Origin: Ferruginibacter sp.
Lineage (GTDB): Bacteria; Bacteroidota; Bacteroidia; Chitinophagales; Chitinophagaceae
Length of the DNA: 64,000 bases
Assembly (NCBI GenBank): GCA_047600665.1
Contig: JASGKJ010000003.1
Coordinates: 1,794,590-1,858,589 of the forward strand
Direction: 5' to 3'
This document shows positions 58,865 to 64,000 of this stretch, piece by piece. Position numbers and translations under genes: made by a program. Each line of letters begins with the position of its first letter. Positions within the stretch are counted from its first letter, which is position 1. Below the pieces are notes generated by a model. That model ran no database searches, was not told where the DNA came from, and was given only the letters and a program-made list of their open reading frames with translations.

Positions 58865-60991
58865 TTATTTTGATGTGGTGGTATTTGATCCTTTGATATC
58901 TTTCCCGAGGCGCTGCAGGTAGGCAATGAGTGCTATAATTTCTTTATCACTTTTTATATCGATCTTATCTTTTTTAAGACTGGCAGTAATTTCATTCGCC
59001 TGTATCCTGAGATCATCATTTGCTTTTGCTTCATAACCACTTTCATATGGCACACCCAGCCTGCGCATGGCATGTATCTTGGAGTTGGTGGAAGTAATAT
59101 CAAGTGTTTTTTCAAACAACCAGGGATAGGAGGGCATTACAGAACCCGACGACATGGAAGTTGGTTCCAGCATATGATTAAAATGCCAGCTGTCTGGATA
59201 TTTTCCGCCTTCTCTTGCCAGATCAGGTCCCGTGCGTTTGCTGCCCCACTGGAACGGGTGATCATAAACAAACTCGCCTGCTTTTGAATACTCACCGTAA
59301 CGGGTAACCTCGTAACGGAAAGGGCGTATCATCTGTGAGTGACAATTGTAACAACCTTCTTTTATATAAATATCCCGGCCCTGCAATTCAAGTGGTGTGT
59401 ATGGCTTAACACTTGCAATAGTGGGTACATTTGATTTTACAAGAAAAGTGGGGATCAATTCGAATATACCACCAAGCCCAACAACAAGAAGACTTAACAC
59501 GAGCAGCAGTGCAGGTTTTCTTTCGATCACGCTGTGCCATATCGAGTTTTTAGATGGTTTGTAAACCGGTGCCAGTTGCGGCGCCATTGCTTCTTCTTCT
59601 GCAATAAATGTTCCCTGTTTCGCTGTTTTTACAAGGTTATACACCATTACAAATACACCAATCAAAAAGATAGTACCACCAATTGCTCTCAGTACATAAA
59701 AAGGAACGACTGTTTGCACCACATCAATAAACTGGTACTGCAGTTGTCCTTCCGGTGTAAATGCCTTCATCATAAAGTAAGAGCGGAAAGCAGCCCAGTA
59801 CATCGGGATCGCATAGAGGATAATGCCGAGTGTGCCTATCCAGAAATGTTTTGCTGCCAGTTTCTTTGAATAAAGTTTGGTATTAAACATTTTAGGAATG
59901 AGCCAATACATCATGCCGAACGTGAGAAAGCCGTTCCACCCCAAAGCCCCCACATGCACATGTGCCACGGTCCAGTCGCTGTAATGTGAAATAGCGTTCA
60001 CATTTTTTAATGATAGCATGGGTCCTTCAAATGTTGCCATACCATAGCAGGTAACTGCCACCACAAAAAATTTCAGCACAGGATCTTCCCGAACCTTATC
60101 CCATGCGCCACGAAGTGTGAACAACCCATTCAGCATACCACCCCAGCTGGGTAATATCAGCATAATGGAGAACACTGTTCCCAGCGATTGTGCCCATTCT
60201 GGCAAGGCAGTGTACAACAAATGATGCGGCCCTGCCCAGATATATAAAAAGATGATGCTCCAGAAATGAACAATACTAAGCCGGTAAGAATAGACAGGCC
60301 GTCCTGCTGCCTTGGGTAAAAAATAATACATCAACCCGAGGTAAGGTGTGGTTAAAAAGAATGCCACTGCATTATGCCCGTACCACCATTGCACCAATGC
60401 ATCCTGCACACCTGCATACCAGGAGTAACTCTTAAAGAATGAGACCGGCAATTCGAATGAATTGACAATATGCAGCATGGCCACCGTAACCCATGACGCA
60501 ATAAAGAACCAGATGGCTACATAGAGATGCCGTTCACGGCGGGTAAATATTGTTCCAAACATGTTGATGCCAAACACCACCCATACCAGGGTGATGGCAA
60601 TATCAATGGGCCATTCCAGTTCAGCATATTCCTTACCGGTAGTAAAGCCGCACAACAATGTAACAGCTGCAGAAACGATGATCAATTGCCATCCCCAAAA
60701 ATGAATTTTACTTAAAAGCTTACTCCACATGGGTGTTTTAAGCAAACGGGGTAATGCATAATATACTGCTGTAAAAATGCCATTGCCCACAAATGCAAAG
60801 ATCACTGCATTCGTATGTAAAGGACGAAGCCTGCCGAACGTAGTAAAAGGCAAATTAAAATTCAGTACAGGGAAAGCAAGCTGAAAGGCTATTAACACAC
60901 CAACGAGCATACCCACGGCTCCCCAAAAAACGGTTGCGATGGCAAACATTTTTGGTACCCGGTTATCATAGTAAAACTTCTGTAATTCCAT
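58865..60991 (-). CDS. ccoN: Fused cbb3-type cytochrome c oxidase subunits I and II (CcoN-CcoO)
   Basis: RPLHTNAVIF, WWYGHNAV, WAGPHHL, HVHVG (CcoN); GCYNCHSQMIRP, GSKRTGPDL (CcoO). Confidence 0.98.
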   Translation of the reverse strand: MELQKFYYDNRVPKMFAIATVFWGAVGMLVGVLIAFQLAFPVLNFNLPFTTFGRLRPLHTNAVIFAFVGNGIFTAVYYALPRLLKTPMWSKLLSKIHFWGWQLIIVSAAVTLLCGFTTGKEYAELEWPIDIAITLVWVVFGINMFGTIFTRRERHLYVAIWFFIASWVTVAMLHIVNSFELPVSFFKSYSWYAGVQDALVQWWYGHNAVAFFLTTPYLGLMYYFLPKAAGRPVYSYRLSIVHFWSIIFLYIWAGPHHLLYTALPEWAQSLGTVFSIMLILPSWGGMLNGLFTLRGAWDKVREDPVLKFFVVAVTCYGMATFEGPMLSLKNVNAISHYSDWTVAHVHVGALGWNGFLTFGMMYWLIPKMFNTKLYSKKLAAKHFWIGTLGIILYAIPMYWAAFRSYFMMKAFTPEGQLQYQFIDVVQTVVPFYVLRAIGGTIFLIGVFVMVYNLVKTAKQGTFIAEEEAMAPQLAPVYKPSKNSIWHSVIERKPALLLVLSLLVVGLGGIFELIPTFLVKSNVPTIASVKPYTPLELQGRDIYIKEGCYNCHSQMIRPFRYEVTRYGEYSKAGEFVYDHPFQWGSKRTGPDLAREGGKYPDSWHFNHMLEPTSMSSGSVMPSYPWLFEKTLDITSTNSKIHAMRRLGVPYESGYEAKANDDLRIQANEITASLKKDKIDIKSDKEIIALIAYLQRLGKDIKGSNTTTSK

Positions 60992-61153
60992 TTATTCCTG
61001 ATTTAATTTGGTTTTTGTATCATCAAACAGCATACGGTTTGCAGGAGAAAAACCATCCTCGAACTGGCCGTCCTTAACGCTCCATAAAAAAGCTGCAAGG
61101 AAACCGCCTGCTATGCAGATGCTCACGCTTAAAAGAAGAAGAATAACACTCAT
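60992..61153 (-). CDS. ccoS: cbb3 oxidase assembly protein CcoS, 53 aa, missing from the ORF track
   Basis: Manual translation: MSVILLLLSVSICIAGGFLAAFLWSVKDGQFEDGFSPANRMLFDDTKTKLNQE; stop codon abuts the ccoN ATG. Confidence 0.92.
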   Translation of the reverse strand: MSVILLLLSVSICIAGGFLAAFLWSVKDGQFEDGFSPANRMLFDDTKTKLNQE

Positions 61154-61216
61154 AATTGCGGTACAAATTTGGCAGAGTCTCCACTTTCATTAAATGCCTT
61201 ACATCATTGGAGTGTA

Positions 61217-61228
61217 TGATTATTATCA
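61217..61228. promoter_or_regulatory. Palindromic FNR/CRP-like site TGAT-N4-ATCA upstream of ccoS-ccoNO
   Basis: TGATTATTATCA; a weaker TGC-N6-TCA copy lies at 61195-61206. Confidence 0.55.
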
Positions 61229-61271
61229 GTGAAAGAAGTAATTAAAAGTGACTGGATAAAAATTGTAAAGA

Positions 61272-63701
61272 TCACCTGAGCCCTTTCTGCCAGGCAATGA
61301 ATTCACTCAGGCCATAGGTAATCAAGATAATACTGACAGAGCTGGCCGGCATCAATATAGCGGCAATCAAAGGAGACAGGGTTCCCTGCACGGCAAAATA
61401 CAACCCTGTAATATTGTATAATACTGACAGGATAAAACTTATAAGTATAATTTTCTTTCCACTTTTTGCATAAGACAAGAGTGCGTCAATCTTTGAAAAG
61501 CCGGCTGCTGATAATATCCCGTCAGAAGCCGGTGTAAAATTATTCCCGCTTTCGCTTATGGCTATGCCCACATCACTTTTACGAAGGGCACCGGCATCAT
61601 TCAGGCCGTCGCCGATCATTAAAACATTTTTTCCGTATTGGGTTTGAAGATTTTGTATGTACTCAAGTTTTTGACGAGGCAGTTGATTGAACAATGTATT
61701 GTTGCTGTTGCCAATGATACTCTTCAGGTATTTTTTTTCTCCGTCATTATCGCCTGATAAAATGCTGAGGGAGTATTTTTCTTTCAGGCTGTTAATTAAG
61801 TTTAGAAAGCCAGGCCGGTATTTATTTTCAACGATAAATTTACCCGGTATTGCATCATCTATCTTTACATAAACCACACCTGCAGCAATATTATCTTTTT
61901 CTGAACCGGTAAAATCTGCTGAGCCGATCTTTATATGCTGGTTTTCTGCCCATGCTTCAATACCCCTACCTTCCACCAGTTTAAAATTTGTTGTTTTTAT
62001 TTCCGGCAGCTGATCCTGAAAATTGTTATCCCATTTCAGTTTAAGGTAATTTGCAATTGACATACTTAAAGGATGCGATGATTGCTGCATTAAAAAGCAA
62101 ACCAGGGCTTCTTCATACCCCGACAGCAGCCTGCCTTTGTATGTCACATTCATTTTACTGTTTTCTGTCAGCGTGCCTGTTTTATCAAATACAATATGAT
62201 CAGTATTCGCCAGGTCTTCGATCACATCAGGGTGGCGCAGGTACAATTCATTCTTACCAAGTATTCTTAAAATATTTCCGTTGGTAAAAGTGGCGCTCAG
62301 CAACAGTGCACAGGGGCAGGCCACAATCAGTACGGTACTTAAGGCATTCCACATCAGTGTTGGTTTCGAATGCATATACCAATAAAGACCCGCAATAAGA
62401 CCAACTGTTAATACAATAAAAGTAAATACTGTACTGAGTGTATGTATAAAGGATCTCCGGCTCTCTTTTTTTTGTTTAAAAACAGACTTATTCCATAAGG
62501 CGGTTAGATAGCTTTGCGATATTTCTTTTATAACTACCAGTTCTATTTTACCGCTTAATTGCCTACCGCCGGCATATATTATTTCGCCAACCCGTTTTTG
62601 CACAGGTGCACTTTCCCCACTCACAAAACTGTAATCAATTAGTGCTTCTCCTTTTGAAAGGATCCCGTCAACCGGAACCAGTTCATTCGAATACACCAGG
62701 ATGACATCGTTTACCTTTACTTCATTTACGGCCACAGGTATTGTACTGCCATTTTTAACAACAGTAACCGCAATGGGAAAGAAAGATTTAAAATCCCTTT
62801 CAAAAGAAAAGGAGCGGTATGTTTTGTCCTGCAGCAATCTGCCGGTGAGCATAAAAAAAACAATGCCACTCATACTATCCAGGTAGCCAGTACCTGTACC
62901 GGTAATTATCTCGTATAAACTCCTGCCAAATGTTATGGCGATGGCCAGTGCTATTGGAGCATCGATATTCAAAAACCTTTTCTTCAATCCCTGCCATGCG
63001 GCAATAAAGAATTCAGCTGCACAATAGAATAATACCGGTAATGATAAAAAGACAATAAAGTATTTTAAGGCTGCGCCAATTTCTTCTTCCAGGAAACCGC
63101 CTATAGAAAAATACTCCGGGAAACTCATCATCATGATATTGCTGAAACAGAACCCTGCGATGCCGATCTTATACGCCCTGCTTCTATCCCATAGTTTTGT
63201 TTTACCCTTTTCAATATCATGTAAACTCAGGTATGGTTCATAGCCGACAGATGCAAGTGTTTCCACCACCTTACGCAAGGAAGTAGCGGCATTTTCAAAA
63301 ACTATAAATACTTCTTTCTTTGCAAAATTCACCCGGGACGAAATGATGCCGGGGTTTAATTTACCTGCACTCTCCAGCAACCACAAACAACTGCTGCAAT
63401 GCATCTGCGGCAGGTAAAGAATAACATTTGTTTGCTTTCCATCTGTAAACTGTATTAGCTTCTTTATTATGTTCCCGTCATCCAGGAAGCTGAATTTATC
63501 CGTACGTACCTGTATCTTTTGTGCCTGCCCCGGGTTTTTATTGAGATCATAATAGCTGCAGAGCTCATGCTGATTTAGAATTTCATATACCATTTTGCAG
63601 CCTTCGCAGCAAAATTTTTTTTCTTCCAGCTTTATTTTACTCCCGCCGCAGTCTTCACCACAATGAAAACATACCAGTGTTTCTTTTACAGGCACTCTCA
63701 T
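61272..63701 (-). CDS. ccoI: Heavy-metal (copper) P1B-type ATPase CcoI/FixI
   Basis: CFHCGEDC, FCCEGC and MHCSSC metal-binding sites; CPC; DKTGT; GDGLND. Confidence 0.95.
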   Translation of the reverse strand: MRVPVKETLVCFHCGEDCGGSKIKLEEKKFCCEGCKMVYEILNQHELCSYYDLNKNPGQAQKIQVRTDKFSFLDDGNIIKKLIQFTDGKQTNVILYLPQMHCSSCLWLLESAGKLNPGIISSRVNFAKKEVFIVFENAATSLRKVVETLASVGYEPYLSLHDIEKGKTKLWDRSRAYKIGIAGFCFSNIMMMSFPEYFSIGGFLEEEIGAALKYFIVFLSLPVLFYCAAEFFIAAWQGLKKRFLNIDAPIALAIAITFGRSLYEIITGTGTGYLDSMSGIVFFMLTGRLLQDKTYRSFSFERDFKSFFPIAVTVVKNGSTIPVAVNEVKVNDVILVYSNELVPVDGILSKGEALIDYSFVSGESAPVQKRVGEIIYAGGRQLSGKIELVVIKEISQSYLTALWNKSVFKQKKESRRSFIHTLSTVFTFIVLTVGLIAGLYWYMHSKPTLMWNALSTVLIVACPCALLLSATFTNGNILRILGKNELYLRHPDVIEDLANTDHIVFDKTGTLTENSKMNVTYKGRLLSGYEEALVCFLMQQSSHPLSMSIANYLKLKWDNNFQDQLPEIKTTNFKLVEGRGIEAWAENQHIKIGSADFTGSEKDNIAAGVVYVKIDDAIPGKFIVENKYRPGFLNLINSLKEKYSLSILSGDNDGEKKYLKSIIGNSNNTLFNQLPRQKLEYIQNLQTQYGKNVLMIGDGLNDAGALRKSDVGIAISESGNNFTPASDGILSAAGFSKIDALLSYAKSGKKIILISFILSVLYNITGLYFAVQGTLSPLIAAILMPASSVSIILITYGLSEFIAWQKGLR

Positions 63702-64000
63702 TGCACAACCGGTTTTATTGGAAATGCAGCAGCTCTAATAAAGCAATCACAGCTGCGGTTCCATCCATTCAGCATCGCATACCATTTTGCCTTTTCCTGG
63801 TGATATTCTTCCGTGAAAATCCTTGTTATTATAAATATGTGATGACCAGGCGGCAGGTTCAGGTCTTCGGCACTTATTTCAATTTCTTCGACGAGTTCTT
63901 TCAAAAGATCATCCTTTGCCGCAGCCACCTGCAGCAAGGCTGGTATATCCGTACCGGCACCAGGTATACCGGTATGTTTTGTATTAAATGTGCCCAGTAC
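63698..64000 (-). CDS. 3' end of an unidentified protein, start outside the window
   Basis: The frame is open from the window edge (VLGTFNTKHTGIPGAGTDIPALLQVAAAK...). Its TGA overlaps the ccoI ATG (ATGA), which suggests translational coupling. Confidence 0.6.
   Translation of the reverse strand, partial: VLGTFNTKHTGIPGAGTDIPALLQVAAAKDDLLKELVEEIEISAEDLNLPPGHHIFIITRIFTEEYHQEKAKWYAMLNGWNRSCDCFIRAAAFPIKPVVQ

Noticed and set aside
58865-60991. ccoN-ccoO fusion as a novelty
   Set aside because: This is the usual arrangement in Bacteroidota.
79-61193. Numerous short antisense or overlapping ORFs in the track (e.g. 1024-1593, 2133-2606, 32983-33648, 38589-39116, 61008-61193)
   Set aside because: They are shadows of well-supported genes, with no motifs or independent signals; 61008-61193 lies antisense to the real ccoS.

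Overview
This is Bacteroidota DNA, most likely Chitinophagaceae. The evidence is SusC/SusD, a hybrid two-component system, a T9SS C-terminal domain, TAnnTTTG promoters, a split metH and a fused ccoNO. Left to right, the window holds: (1) a minus-strand pectin utilization locus (<1-19.8 kb) with two CE8, a CE12, two alpha/beta esterases, GH28, GH43, SusC/SusD, an ECF sigma/FecR pair and an HTCS; (2) a methyltransferase, a TonB receptor and a membrane-anchored AraC regulator; (3) a 1624-aa T9SS surface protein and tRNA-Arg(CCT); (4) a UvrD helicase-nuclease fusion, an Ig-like lipoprotein, recR and an OB-fold/haem-motif/YceI/beta-barrel operon; (5) a split metH with a GxxExxY nuclease-fold gene between the halves, flanked by 38-bp inverted repeats; (6) rpoN, GHL10, MarR and a radical SAM gene; (7) a complete cbb3 oxidase (cco) cluster. 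The main discovery is at 44.9-49.4 kb. It is an AT-rich array of six unrelated, co-oriented single-gene cassettes behind one promoter and a lone GTT half-site, separated by a family of ~205-bp imperfect hairpin repeats with AAC...GTT ends. Each cassette's first bases complement its own downstream repeat start, which is the signature of an integron-like cassette system, yet no integrase gene lies in the window. Three genes (susC, the helicase and the radical SAM gene) are broken by five small indels, mostly in homopolymers. These are most likely long-read consensus errors. All product calls come from motif recognition by eye; no database searches were run.
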